Below, piece after piece: positions 28,560 through 38,800 of a stretch of 64,000 nt of DNA. The notes under the pieces were generated by a model, which saw only the letters and a program-made list of their open reading frames with translations, did not search any database and had not been told where the DNA came from. A program made the position numbers and the translations under genes. Source of the stretch: an uncultured delta proteobacterium (GTDB taxonomy: Bacteria > Desulfobacterota > Binatia > Binatales > Binataceae); NCBI GenBank assembly GCA_963835905.1, contig CAWIHG010000005.1, positions 1,396,018-1,460,017 of the forward strand. Reading direction: 5' to 3'. The first letter of the stretch is position 1; the number at the start of each line of letters is the position of its first letter.

Positions 28560-29447
28560 ATGAATCTCCCAAATGGAATCATCGCGATGCTGGTGACGCC
28601 GTTTCACGGCGATTACCGGCTCAACCTCGACGCGCTGCGCAACGAAGTGCGCTGGGCGATCGATAACGGCGCCGCGGGCGTGGTGGCGGCCCCGTCGATC
28701 GGGGAATTTCTCCACCTGGACGAGTCCGAACGCACCCGCGTGTTCGAAGTCGTCGCCGAGGAGGCGCGCCGGCGCCCGAATATCTGCGCGGTCGCGATGA
28801 CCTCGGGCGCGACCACCCTGGAGACGCTCCACTACGCCAAAATCGCCGCGCGGCTCGGTTATGACGCGCAGCAGGTGATCCCGCCCTACTACTGGCGATG
28901 CGGTGAAGCGGAGGTCGAGCGGCACTTCCAGATGGTCGCGGACGCTGGCGATCTGCCGGTGGTGGTCTATCACAATCCGGCGCTCAGCAAATTCAATATC
29001 TCGCCGAAGTTCGCGGGACGGCTCGCGGCGATCGGCGGCGTGGTCGCGTTCAAGGAAGTGCTCACCGACCTGCAGCATCTCGAGGCGCTCTACGACGAAG
29101 TCGGCGGCGCGGCCGCAATCTACAACACCTTCCGCGCGCTGCTGGCGGGCCTGATGCTTGGTGCGGCGGGCGGCTTCATCAATATCTTCGCGGTGCCCGC
29201 CGCCGCCGCGCTGCTCAAGGCTTATCGCGCGGGCGACTACGTCCGCGCCGAGGAGATCCAGCGGCGGCTCAACCGCTGCTTCCCGCGGGGCGGCGAGGAA
29301 ACCCTGGGCCATCTGGGCACCACCAAGGTCACCGCAACGGTGTCCACCGGAATTGAGATGGGTCCCGCGCGCCCGCCTTACATGGCGCCCGCCGACGCCG
29401 CCGAGCGGATCCGCAAGCGTCTGCCGCTGCTCAAGGAGGTGCTCTGA
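28560..29447 (+). CDS. Dihydrodipicolinate synthase / N-acetylneuraminate lyase family aldolase
   Basis: DapA-family TIM-barrel signature (GIIAMLVTPF..., Schiff-base Lys region). Confidence 0.8.
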   Translation: MNLPNGIIAMLVTPFHGDYRLNLDALRNEVRWAIDNGAAGVVAAPSIGEFLHLDESERTRVFEVVAEEARRRPNICAVAMTSGATTLETLHYAKIAARLGYDAQQVIPPYYWRCGEAEVERHFQMVADAGDLPVVVYHNPALSKFNISPKFAGRLAAIGGVVAFKEVLTDLQHLEALYDEVGGAAAIYNTFRALLAGLMLGAAGGFINIFAVPAAAALLKAYRAGDYVRAEEIQRRLNRCFPRGGEETLGHLGTTKVTATVSTGIEMGPARPPYMAPADAAERIRKRLPLLKEVL

Positions 29448-29449
29448 GA

Positions 29450-30894
29450 TGGGCGCACGCTCGGGCAACAACTTTCTCTCCTCGCTCAAGAAGCTTGGCG
29501 CGGAAGTCTGGCTCGACGGCGCTCGCGTCACCGACGTGACCACTCATCCGGCGTTTCGCAACTGCGCGCGCTCGCTCGCCTCGCTCTATGACATGCAGAT
29601 GGAAGCGCCGGAGGCGATGACCTATCGCACCGAGGACGGCGGGCGCGCGGGACTCTCGTTCCTGCAGCCCAAAACGTCCGAGGATCTGCGCAAGCGGTCG
29701 CGGATGATGAAGGGTTGGGCGGATTTTTCCGGCGGCTTCATGGGCCGCACCCCGGACTACCTGAACGTCAGTATCGCCGCGATGGCCGCCGCGCACGAAT
29801 TCTTTGCCGCCAGCGATCCGCGCTGCGGCGACAATATAAAGAATTATTACCGCGAGGCGCGAAATCACGACTGGTGCGCAACCCACACCCTGGTCAATCC
29901 GCGCGCGAGCCGCACCCAGGGATGGGCCGGGCATACCGACGCGGACCTGGCCCTGCGGGTGGTCGAGAAGACCGCAGACGGGATCGTGGTGAACGGGTGC
30001 CGGATGCTCGCGACGCTCGCGCCGCTGTCCGAGGAAATCCTGGTCTTCCCATCCACGGTGCTCAAGGCCGAGTCGGCCGCCGAGCCGTTCGCGGTGTCGT
30101 TCGCGATCCCGTGCAACACCAAGGGGCTGCGCTTCCATTGCCGCGACGCCTACGACAGCGGCCGCCCGAAGTTCGACGCGCCGCTCGCCTCACGCTTCGA
30201 GGAAATGGACTGCGTGGTTGTGTTCGACAACCTGGCCGTGCCGTGGGAGCGCGTGTTCCTGTGCGGCGACGTCGCGCGCTGCAACGCGCTTTACGCCGAG
30301 ACCGGCGCGGTCGTGCACATGATGCATCAGGTCGTGGTCAAGAACGTGGCCAAGAGCGAGTTCGTGCTCGGGCTTGCAGCGCGTATCGCCGAATCCTCCG
30401 ACGCGATGGCGCTGCAGCATGTGCGCGAGCGGCTGGCCGAGATGATCACGACGACCGAGACGATGCGCGCGTGCCTGCGCGCCGCGGAGGCGGACGCGGC
30501 CACCGACAAATGGGGCATATGCGCGCCGGCGCGTCCGCCGCTGGACACCGCGCGCAACCTGTTCCCGCGGCTTTACCCGCGGATGGTCGAGATTATTCAG
30601 CTCAACAGCTCGTCCTCACTGATGGCGACGCCGTCGGACGCCGACTTTGCCAATCCATCCGAGCGCCCCGACCTCGACCGTTACTTCGCCGCGTCCGACA
30701 GCGGCGCGCGCGATCGGGTTGCGCTCTATCGCCTCGCGTGGGACGTGGCGTGCAGCTCGTTCGGCGGCCGGCAGGTGCTCTACGAGCGGTTCTTTTTCGG
30801 CGATCCGGTTCGGATGGCTAGCGCACTGGTGGACAATACCGACCTGCGACCGCTCGTCGAGCGCGTGAAAGCTTTTCTCACGCGCCCCAATTGA
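29450..30894 (+). CDS. HpaB-family (4-hydroxyphenylacetate 3-monooxygenase / 4-hydroxybutyryl-CoA dehydratase-like) protein
   Basis: 481 aa acyl-CoA-dehydrogenase-like fold with the typical HpaB N-terminus (SFLQPKTSEDLRKRSRMMKGWADFSGGFMGRTPDYLN). ATG at 29450 directly after the upstream stop. Confidence 0.65.
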
Positions 30895-30946
30895 GGCGGG
30901 CCGCTTGTCCCGCAAGCGGGCCTTGGGCAGTGTGTGATGCGGCAGG

Positions 30947-31591
30947 ATGTCACGGTTAAGGAAAGCGGGAAAAGTATGGTCGCGTCCCGGCGCGCGCGCC
31001 GCGGCCCAGCGCGTGCTGTTCGACCCGGAGGGCGTGTTCGCGATCGATTCGGCCTCGCTATTCGCGCGCGCCGGAGCGCTGGAAGTCGAAATCGGCGCGG
31101 GCAAGGGCGAGTTTATCGTCGAGCGAGCGGCGCAACTTCCCGAGCGCAATTATCTCGCGGTCGAACTGTCGGGCGTAATATCCCGGATGCTCGCGGTCCG
31201 GTGCGGCCGCGCGGAACTCGGCAACGTCCGCGTGGTCAGGATGGATGCGCGCACGCTGGTGAACCTGATGCTCCCGGACGCAAGCGTCGCCGCCTTCCAC
31301 ATCTACTTTCCAGACCCGTGGCCCAAGGAGCGCCATCATAAGCATCGGATGTTCACTGAGCGGACTGTCGCAAGCCTCGGCAGAACTTTGGCGCCCGGCG
31401 GCAGTCTTTATGTCGCGACCGACGTTCCGGAATATGCGGCCGAGATCGAGCAGATGCTCACGGCGGGCGGCTTCATTCGGGCGGGCGCGACGACACCGGG
31501 CGGCGCCTCGACCGGATTCGCGCGCAAATTTATCGCGGTGAAGAGACCGGTCTTTGAAAGCGAATGGAAGATTGTCAACTGCTGTAAATGA
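30947..31591 (+). CDS. trmB: tRNA (guanine46-N7)-methyltransferase
   Basis: IYFPDPWPKERHHKHR signature. Confidence 0.8.
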   Translation: MSRLRKAGKVWSRPGARAAAQRVLFDPEGVFAIDSASLFARAGALEVEIGAGKGEFIVERAAQLPERNYLAVELSGVISRMLAVRCGRAELGNVRVVRMDARTLVNLMLPDASVAAFHIYFPDPWPKERHHKHRMFTERTVASLGRTLAPGGSLYVATDVPEYAAEIEQMLTAGGFIRAGATTPGGASTGFARKFIAVKRPVFESEWKIVNCCK

Positions 31592-31755
31592 TCCCCAGGA
31601 ATTAGCGCGGCAATGCCGAAATACCGCCCCAATCAAGTGAAATTCGCCAACTGGCCGCGTTCGATGGTTAAGCGGTGCTGATACGTTGTTCCATTTTCCG
31701 CAAGGATGGTTTGCATTGGTCCTCCGGCTTGTTTAACCTGACCGGAGCTTTGGTT

Positions 31756-33120
31756 ATGCGGCGTGTGCTCGTCATATTGCTGGCCGTGTGTTTCCTGCCC
31801 GCATCGGCGTGCTCCATCCGAAAGAAGCCCACCGGGCAGGACTACTACCAGCAGGCCCAGGTCGATTTCGCCCAGAAGGAGTTCAACGCGGCGATCGAGA
31901 ATTACCAGGACCTGATCGATTACTACCCCTTCAGCCCTTACGCCGAGGACGCCGAGATGAAGATCGGCATGGCGTACTACGAAATGAAGGACTATGCGGA
32001 AGCCGTCGCCGCGCTCGACGACTTCCAGCGTATGCATCCGACCAGCAAGAACCTCGAGCTCGTCAGCTATTACATCGCGATGAGCTATTACGATCAGATC
32101 GGCCGCGAGGACCAGGACCAGTCCAAGACCAAGGACGCGCTCAAATATTTCCAGGTTCTCGAAGCGCGCTATCCCGAAGGATCGTTCGCCGAGCTGGCGC
32201 GCGAGCGCGCAATCGTGTGCCGCGATGTCCTGGCGCGCCACCAGATGATCATCGGCAATTTCTATTACCAGCGCGCCAATTTCAAAGCCACCGAGTCCCG
32301 GATGGCGGAGCTGATGGAGAGGTATCCCGACACGCCGATCGCACCGGAGGCGCTGCTCGAGCTCGCCCAGGCTCTGGACAAGGAAGGAAAAAGATACTCC
32401 GCCGCCCAGGCTTACACCGCCCTTCTGCTCCATTACCCGAATACCCCTTACACCACTCAGGCGAAGGCCGCGCTCAAACGGCTCCATGAGCCGGTGGATA
32501 CCGAGTCCGATCCGCTGCCGCTGGTGCTCGCGGAAAGCGGTTACAGCGGCCAGGGGCCGGATCAGGACCACGTCGTCGTTCGCCAGCGCGACGACGGCCT
32601 GGGCAGCACGCAGACTGCCGATGCTGGCGGGGGGGCCGCCGCTGGCGGCGTCCTGGGCGCTCCGGCGGCGCAGGCTGCGAAAGCGACGGCGGCGGCTTAT
32701 GGCCCCGATGGGCTGCCGAACCTGAATCGCCCCGAGGAAGCGCCCGCCTCTAAAGCGTCCGGTCCCGCCACCATCAAGCAGGTGCGACTGTCAGCCGCGG
32801 ATCCCCCGATGTCGGTGATTATCGATCTGACGGCGCCCGCGACCTACGAAAAGCACGTCCGCAACGATTCCGGTTATTCGACCGCGATCGTGACGATCAA
32901 GAACGCCAAGCTCGACGCCGCGATGCCGCGGCACATGGTCTTCGATCGCTCCATCTTCAAGGACTGCGACATCACGTCAAACTCGCAGGGCACCAGCGTC
33001 GCTGTTAATACCGACCCGGTCGCCAACGTGTCAGTGGTGCCGCTGGAGGGTCCGCCGCGCCTGCTGGTGACGTTCACTCCGGTCAGCCAGGCGATGGATC
33101 ACTCTGGCAATCAGCCCTGA
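31756..33120 (+). CDS. bamD: BamD-like outer-membrane-assembly lipoprotein (TPR) with long C-terminal extension
   Basis: Lipobox LPASAC and TPR segment YYQQAQVDFAQKEFNAAIENYQDLIDYYPFSPYAEDAEMKIGMAYYEMKDYAEAVAALDDF. ~200 extra C-terminal residues. Confidence 0.6.
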   Translation: MRRVLVILLAVCFLPASACSIRKKPTGQDYYQQAQVDFAQKEFNAAIENYQDLIDYYPFSPYAEDAEMKIGMAYYEMKDYAEAVAALDDFQRMHPTSKNLELVSYYIAMSYYDQIGREDQDQSKTKDALKYFQVLEARYPEGSFAELARERAIVCRDVLARHQMIIGNFYYQRANFKATESRMAELMERYPDTPIAPEALLELAQALDKEGKRYSAAQAYTALLLHYPNTPYTTQAKAALKRLHEPVDTESDPLPLVLAESGYSGQGPDQDHVVVRQRDDGLGSTQTADAGGGAAAGGVLGAPAAQAAKATAAAYGPDGLPNLNRPEEAPASKASGPATIKQVRLSAADPPMSVIIDLTAPATYEKHVRNDSGYSTAIVTIKNAKLDAAMPRHMVFDRSIFKDCDITSNSQGTSVAVNTDPVANVSVVPLEGPPRLLVTFTPVSQAMDHSGNQP

Positions 33121-33134
33121 CCGGCGCGGGCAGC

Positions 33135-34415
33135 TCAGCAAAATACGTCGCCGAAGTTCAGACCCGCGAAGTTCAGCACGACCTCCGCATAAGTTCGAAG
33201 GCCCCAGTAGAACCCGTCGATCGGCAGCCGTTCGTCGTTGCCGTGATAGAGCGAGCCGAACGGGGTGTGCGGATCAAGCCGTACCGGCGAAAACCCGTAG
33301 CATCGCGCGCCCAGCAACGAGTAGAACTTGTTGTCGGTTGCGCCCGGAATCATCCACGGTATCGCGCGCGCGCCGGGGTCGGCGGCTTCCACGCGCTTGC
33401 AAATCAGATCGAACAGCTCCGTGTCGGAGCTGGTTTCAACCGGCGGCGCCGTCTTGAGCAGCTCGAACCGCGGCTCCGGGCCGACGATCGCGCGCAGCTC
33501 CGCCATAAAGCTCTCAGGATTTTCGCCGGGTAGCGTGCGTCCGTCGAGCACCGCCCACGCCTCACCGGGAATCACGTTGTCCTTGTAACCGGCGTGCAGA
33601 ATCGTCGGCGAGACCGTGTTCGCCAGCATCGGGGCGAACAGCGGCCCCGCGTGCTCGGGATCAACACCCAGCTCCCCGAGCGTCTGCTGCATCAGGGGCA
33701 GCACGCGCCGGCGCATCGGGGTATCGATTATCTTCGTGAGCAGATGCGAGATTTGAGCGATCGCGCTGTCGGTCCGCGGCATCGAGCCATGCCCGGGACG
33801 CGCCGTGACCGTCATCTTGACGGTCACGCACCCTTTCTCGGCGATCTGAATCGGGTAGAACCGCTTGTCGCCGAGATGGACCGTGAATCCGCCGACCTCG
33901 TTGAGCACCCATCCGGCGCGGACCAGTTCGGGATGGCGCTCGACCAGGAATTTGGCGCCCTGGTCGCTGCCCGCCTCTTCGTCCGCCACTGCGGCCATGA
34001 TCAGATCGCGATTGGGTTGGGCGCCGGCGCGCTTGAGCCCCGTCATCAGCACCAGGTCCATCGCGCACTTCGACTTCATATCGAGCGAGCCACGCCCCCA
34101 TACGCATCCGTCCGCGATATCGGCGCCGAACGGATCGCGCGTCCATCCGGAGCGCTCCGCGGGAACCACGTCCGTGTGCGAGGAGAGCAGCAGAGCCTCC
34201 TTGCCGCGGTCGCTGCCCGCGATTCGCGCGACCAGGTTGGCGCGGGTCGGCGCGCTCTCGCGGATGACCGAGTCGATGCCGTGGCGGGCGAGCGATTCGG
34301 CGATTAGGTCGGCCGCGATTCGCTCGTTGCCGGGCGGATTGGTGGTGTCGCAACGGATAAGCGCGCGCAGGACGTCGAGTGCCTCATCCTGAATGGTCTG
34401 CCACGAAATCTTCAT
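33135..34415 (-). CDS. M20-family metallopeptidase (ArgE/DapE/CPG2-like)
   Basis: SHTDVVP, GRGSLDMK and ADEEAGS metal-binding motifs. Confidence 0.8.
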   Translation of the reverse strand: MKISWQTIQDEALDVLRALIRCDTTNPPGNERIAADLIAESLARHGIDSVIRESAPTRANLVARIAGSDRGKEALLLSSHTDVVPAERSGWTRDPFGADIADGCVWGRGSLDMKSKCAMDLVLMTGLKRAGAQPNRDLIMAAVADEEAGSDQGAKFLVERHPELVRAGWVLNEVGGFTVHLGDKRFYPIQIAEKGCVTVKMTVTARPGHGSMPRTDSAIAQISHLLTKIIDTPMRRRVLPLMQQTLGELGVDPEHAGPLFAPMLANTVSPTILHAGYKDNVIPGEAWAVLDGRTLPGENPESFMAELRAIVGPEPRFELLKTAPPVETSSDTELFDLICKRVEAADPGARAIPWMIPGATDNKFYSLLGARCYGFSPVRLDPHTPFGSLYHGNDERLPIDGFYWGLRTYAEVVLNFAGLNFGDVFC

Positions 34416-34594
34416 AGGTGCGGTTGACGCTCCTGTTGTACCAACACGTTAATAAATACTACCTGATGTTAAGACACGATAACAGCGGGTTGAAGGTGCG
34501 ATAATGGCCCGTTGCGCGGGCCTTGGGCAAGAGCCAGCCGGCCCATGGCGGGAGCGGCCGGTTGCCGTTAAGCTGCACGCTAAGGAGCCGTCGC

Positions 34595-35389
34595 GTGAAT
34601 ATCACCTGCATCGAGCGCGTCCTGATCGCCACCGCTGACCTGGACGCCGCGTGCGATAGATGGCGCCGCGCGGGCTTCGCGGTCGAGCGCGTCGAGGGCG
34701 GCGCAGAGGGTATCAGCTTCGCGCGTGCCGCCGGCGGCGCGATTGCGATCGATCTCTGTGCGCTCACCGCGCCCGCAGATCCGGCGCTGGCGGCCCCGCT
34801 CGCGGAGGCCGCGGGACTTGGCGGTGGACTGCTCGGGTGGACCTGGGGAGTGGCGCGTGGCGGTCTCCCGCCCGATGCGTCCGCGCGAGTCGCGCTGCCG
34901 GCGGCGTCCGGTCCCGCGGTGGACGCGGCGGTACTCAGTTCCGGCCTTCCCAATCTATGGACCGCCGCGGTGGATATCGACACGTCGGTAGCTGAGCGCG
35001 CGGCGCGGCTCGCCGCCGCGTCCGGACCGAACCCGAACACGGTCCAGTACCTCGAGCACATCGTCGTGATGACGCCGGTGCTCGAAGATGCGATCGCGGC
35101 GCAGGAAAAAATCGGCGTAAAGTGCAAGCGTATCCGGGAGGCTGGCGGCGGCGCGCGCCAGGCATTCTTCAAGCTCGAGCGCACCGTTATCGAGGTTGTC
35201 GGTCCTGCGCGGGCGCGACCGGGATGCTGGGGGATTGCGCTTATGTGCTCCGATATCCACGCGGCAGTCGCCTGCGCCCGCGATCACGGACTCGAAGCCA
35301 CCGAGCCCAAGACCGCCATCCAGGGCGGGCTCATCGCGCGTATCGTCGCTCCGCTCGACGGCGTCGCGATCGCGTTCATGCAGCCCTAG
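34595..35389 (+). CDS. VOC (glyoxalase/bleomycin-resistance/dioxygenase) family protein
   Basis: Tandem VOC modules. Start at GTG 34595 with RBS aaggag 8 nt upstream, inside listed ORF 34523..35389. Confidence 0.55.
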   Translation: MNITCIERVLIATADLDAACDRWRRAGFAVERVEGGAEGISFARAAGGAIAIDLCALTAPADPALAAPLAEAAGLGGGLLGWTWGVARGGLPPDASARVALPAASGPAVDAAVLSSGLPNLWTAAVDIDTSVAERAARLAAASGPNPNTVQYLEHIVVMTPVLEDAIAAQEKIGVKCKRIREAGGGARQAFFKLERTVIEVVGPARARPGCWGIALMCSDIHAAVACARDHGLEATEPKTAIQGGLIARIVAPLDGVAIAFMQP

Positions 35390-36890
35390 CCGGCCCGCGT
35401 GAGCCGCCCGCAGCGCCGCCTGAGGCTGGCGCAGTTGCGGCCCGCGCAATCTCGCGCAGCATCCCGGCGAATACCATCTGGTGCAGCGGCCAGACGGCGT
35501 ACCAGTAGGCGAGTCCGGAGAGCCCCACCGGATCGAATATCGCGGTCTGGCGGATAAGCGAGCCGCCGCCGTCGGGTTCCACCTCGAAATCGAGCCACGC
35601 GCGTCCCGGCAACCTCATTTCGGCCGCAAGCCTGAGACGGCGATCGGGCTCGTAGCTCTCAACCCTCCAGCAGTCGATGGCGTCGCCCACTTCGATCATC
35701 AAGCGGTCGCGACGCCCGCGGCGCATCCCGACTCCGCCGATCAACAGGTCGAGCCACCCGCGGATCGTCCACAGCCAATCGCCCCAATACCATCCGGTCT
35801 CGCCCCCAATGCGGCCAATGGGCGCGAACGCCGCGGCCGCGGGCAGGTTGACTCTGGTCGCGCGGGAATCGACCAGCCGGTTGCCGAAGCGCCTGCCACC
35901 GAAGTCGCGCGCCGGCCCCGCGGCCGAGATCGCATCCGACCATCGGGTCTGGGCAAATTCGCTGTCCTCGTTGCGCAGCGCGGCGGCGATCGCCTCGGCC
36001 ATCGGGATCGGGCGGATGCCGAAGATTTGCTCGGCGGCGTGGTCACGCACGACGGTGGGATGGCTGATGCTGTCGATTAAAGCGCGGCCCACGCGCGCGT
36101 AGAGCGGCGTCACCAGTCCCAGCCACAGGCTGGAAAGCCGGGGCGTCAGGACCGGAACCCGGATCATGAAGCATCGCAGCCCGCGCTGGCGCGCGTATTC
36201 GCGCAGAATATCGCCGTACGACACGACGCTCGCGCCGCCGATTTCGAAGATGCGATTGCCCTCGAATTCATGATCGAGCGCGGCAACCAGGTAGGCGATC
36301 ACCTCGCCGATCGAAATTGGCTGCGCCGCCACCGACAGCCATCGCGGTGTGATCATCACCGGCAGCCGTTCGGCGAGCGCCCGCACCATCTCAAAGGACA
36401 GGCTCCCGGACCCGATTACGATCGAGGCGCGGAACTCGATAACCGCGACGCCCGATTCGCGCAACAGATCGCCGACTTCGTGGCGGCTCCTCAGATGCTC
36501 GGAAAGATTGGCGCCGCTATCACCCAATCCGCCCAGGTAGATAACCCTCCGCACTCCGGCGCGCTTGGCCGCCGCGCCGAAGTTTCGCGCGCCCTCGCGA
36601 TCGGCGCTCGCAAACGCGCCGCCCGAGCCCATCGAGTGCACCAGGTAGTACGCGGTGTCCACCCCCGCCATCGCGCGCTGGAGGCTGTCGGCATCGAGAA
36701 TGTCGCCGCCGACCACCTCGGTGGCGGACGCCGCTCGCGCCCGCGCATATTCCGGCTTGCGCGCGAGGCATCGCACACGCGCCCCGCGGCGCTCCAGCTC
36801 ATGGAGCAGCCGTCCGCCGACGTAGCCGGTCGCGCCGGTCAGCAGGATCAGCTGGTGGCCATGCGCTGCGTTCGCGTCGTCGTTACTCAC
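35376..36890 (-). CDS. NAD(P)-binding SDR/NmrA-like domain fused to DUF2867-like C-terminal domain
   Basis: ILLTGATGYVGGRL Rossmann motif; C-terminal half resembles DUF2867 by recollection. Confidence 0.7.
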   Translation of the reverse strand: MSNDDANAAHGHQLILLTGATGYVGGRLLHELERRGARVRCLARKPEYARARAASATEVVGGDILDADSLQRAMAGVDTAYYLVHSMGSGGAFASADREGARNFGAAAKRAGVRRVIYLGGLGDSGANLSEHLRSRHEVGDLLRESGVAVIEFRASIVIGSGSLSFEMVRALAERLPVMITPRWLSVAAQPISIGEVIAYLVAALDHEFEGNRIFEIGGASVVSYGDILREYARQRGLRCFMIRVPVLTPRLSSLWLGLVTPLYARVGRALIDSISHPTVVRDHAAEQIFGIRPIPMAEAIAAALRNEDSEFAQTRWSDAISAAGPARDFGGRRFGNRLVDSRATRVNLPAAAAFAPIGRIGGETGWYWGDWLWTIRGWLDLLIGGVGMRRGRRDRLMIEVGDAIDCWRVESYEPDRRLRLAAEMRLPGRAWLDFEVEPDGGGSLIRQTAIFDPVGLSGLAYWYAVWPLHQMVFAGMLREIARAATAPASGGAAGGSRGPARAA

Positions 36891-36982
36891 TTGTCCCTGA
36901 GAACCGCGCGGGAATTTCCCGCCGACAATTCAATTTTGGGACAAGTTCATATTCGTGACAAGAAACCCGATCGGCGCCCGAA

Positions 36983-37783
36983 TCAGCGGCCCTGAAATTT
37001 CGGCTCGCGCTTCTGGATGAATGACTGAATCCCTTCCTGGAAGTCGTGGGAGCGAAACAGCAGCAGCAACTGCATCAGCACGTGATGCGTATGCGACTCG
37101 AAGTCCTCGGTCAGCCCGGCGCGATACAAACGCTTCATCGCCCTGATTCCCAGCGGCGCGTTGGAGGCGATCTTCTCCGCCCATCGTTCAGCTTCGGCCA
37201 TCAGGCTCTCGTGCGCCACGACTTTGTTCACCAGCCCCAGCTCCAGCGCGCGCTCCGGCGTGATGTCCTCGGCGATGAACCCGATCTCGCACGCGCGTGC
37301 CCACCCGATGAGCCGCGGCAGATACCAAGTCCCTCCGCTTTCCGGCACGATGCCGCGCTTGGCGAAGCCGGGCACCAGCTTGGCCCGGTCGCTGATCAGG
37401 CGCATGTCGCAGCCCAGCGCGAGATCGAATCCGTAACCCGCCGCCGCGCCATTGAGTGCGCAGATAACCGGAACGTCGATCCGATGCAGCGTGACGGTCG
37501 GAATTTCGAAGGTGCTCAGATGAGCGGCGCCTCCGCCACCCGACAACACCCCTGAACCGCCGATACCGCGTCCCGCCGCGGCGTCCTTGAGATCGAGCCC
37601 CGAGCAGAAGCCGCGTCCCTCGCCGGTCAGAATTATCGCGCGCACTTCGGGATCGTTGTCGTATTGCTTCAGCCGGTTGCCCAGCTCACCCAGCATCTCG
37701 ACGCTGATCGCGTTCATGCGGTCGGGGCGGTTGAGCTTCAGGACCGCGATATTACCGTTCTTTTCGGCGAGCAAATCGCTCAT
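36983..37783 (-). CDS. Enoyl-CoA hydratase (crotonase)
   Basis: NGNIAVLKLNRPDRMNAIS and ILTGEGRGFCSGLDL. Confidence 0.8.
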   Translation of the reverse strand: MSDLLAEKNGNIAVLKLNRPDRMNAISVEMLGELGNRLKQYDNDPEVRAIILTGEGRGFCSGLDLKDAAAGRGIGGSGVLSGGGGAAHLSTFEIPTVTLHRIDVPVICALNGAAAGYGFDLALGCDMRLISDRAKLVPGFAKRGIVPESGGTWYLPRLIGWARACEIGFIAEDITPERALELGLVNKVVAHESLMAEAERWAEKIASNAPLGIRAMKRLYRAGLTEDFESHTHHVLMQLLLLFRSHDFQEGIQSFIQKREPKFQGR

Positions 37784-37891
37784 CGATAAATCCTCCTGCG
37801 GCGATTGCGGACGCACGCGACCACGCTCCGTAGCATAGCGGCTTTACCAATCGAAAGCGCGCGAGATCGCGGCCGGTCAACGCCAGAGTCG

Positions 37892-38300
37892 TCAGAGCTT
37901 GGTGCTAGCGTCGGGCTGTACCGTCAAGCTATACAGGTCGGGATTCGTCAGCGCCTTCCAGAACTCGTAACCATGCTGCGGATAGTAGTGATTCACCAGC
38001 AGCGCCAGAAGATTCCCGTGGGGCGCGATCACGATGGTTTCCTCACGATGGCGGCGTACCAGGTCGCGATGCGCGGTCACGGCGCGCCGCTGCGCATCGG
38101 CGCTCGACTCCCGCCCGGATGAATGAATGAGAAATCATGCGAGCACTCGCGCAGCGCCCGCTCCCATTGCTCGAGAGGCTCGGCGCCAAGCCTTCGCTCG
38201 CGCAGTTCGTGCATCTCGCTGATCTCTACTCCGCTCGCCCGCGGCTCTTTGGGGGAATCCGGCGCCGGATAACCTCCCACGCCCCGATCCGAAAGGCAGA
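37892..38300 (-). pseudogene. Histidine phosphatase (phosphoglycerate-mutase-like) family remnant, frameshifted
   Basis: Two overlapping ORFs in different frames (37892..38080 and 38077..38280) give ...EISEMHELRERRLGAEPLEQWE... and ...IVIAPHGNLLALLVNHY... The N-terminal RHG region is degenerate and there is an in-frame stop upstream. Confidence 0.4.
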
Positions 38301-38505
38301 ACGCTGCGTCCGACGAATTCAGTCCCGCGCGTTCCAGGTCAAGAGCGGCGGCGCTACCGGTGCTCGGTCGGGTCGGTCTATGAACGAGACTGGTCGGTTA
38401 AGGCAGGGCGAGAGATAATTCGGCGGGTCGCGTGCCAGGGTGCTTCGCGAGTACCCTGAGCAGACCGCGATGTTTTGGCGATTGACCGCGATGAGGAGTG
38501 GACAA

Positions 38506-38781
38506 ATGGATGAAAACGGGAACAGCCGCAATCAGTTCCTGATTATCAACCGCGCGCAGGTGCTCGATTCCAGTTGCAGCGCGTGCGGCGCTCGATTTGC
38601 CGAAAGCCCCAGCGGCGACAAGACTCTGATCGCCACTGTGAGCGAGGGCAAGCGCACGTTCTTCTTCTGCGCCCCGTGCGGCGACAACATCATGGGCCGC
38701 GTCCAGATCGAGGACGCGCGCGGGCATTATGGCTGGGATTGGGCGATTCCGGTCCGCAACGGGAACCTCCATGAATCCTGA
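38506..38781 (+). CDS. Small Zn-ribbon-like protein (two CxxC motifs)
   Basis: RBS gaggag precedes ATG. MDENGNSRNQFLIINRAQVLDSSCSACGARF...FFFCAPCGDNIMGRV. Confidence 0.5.
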   Translation: MDENGNSRNQFLIINRAQVLDSSCSACGARFAESPSGDKTLIATVSEGKRTFFFCAPCGDNIMGRVQIEDARGHYGWDWAIPVRNGNLHES

Positions 38782-38800
38782 TTGAGAGAGTCGCCGCGCG

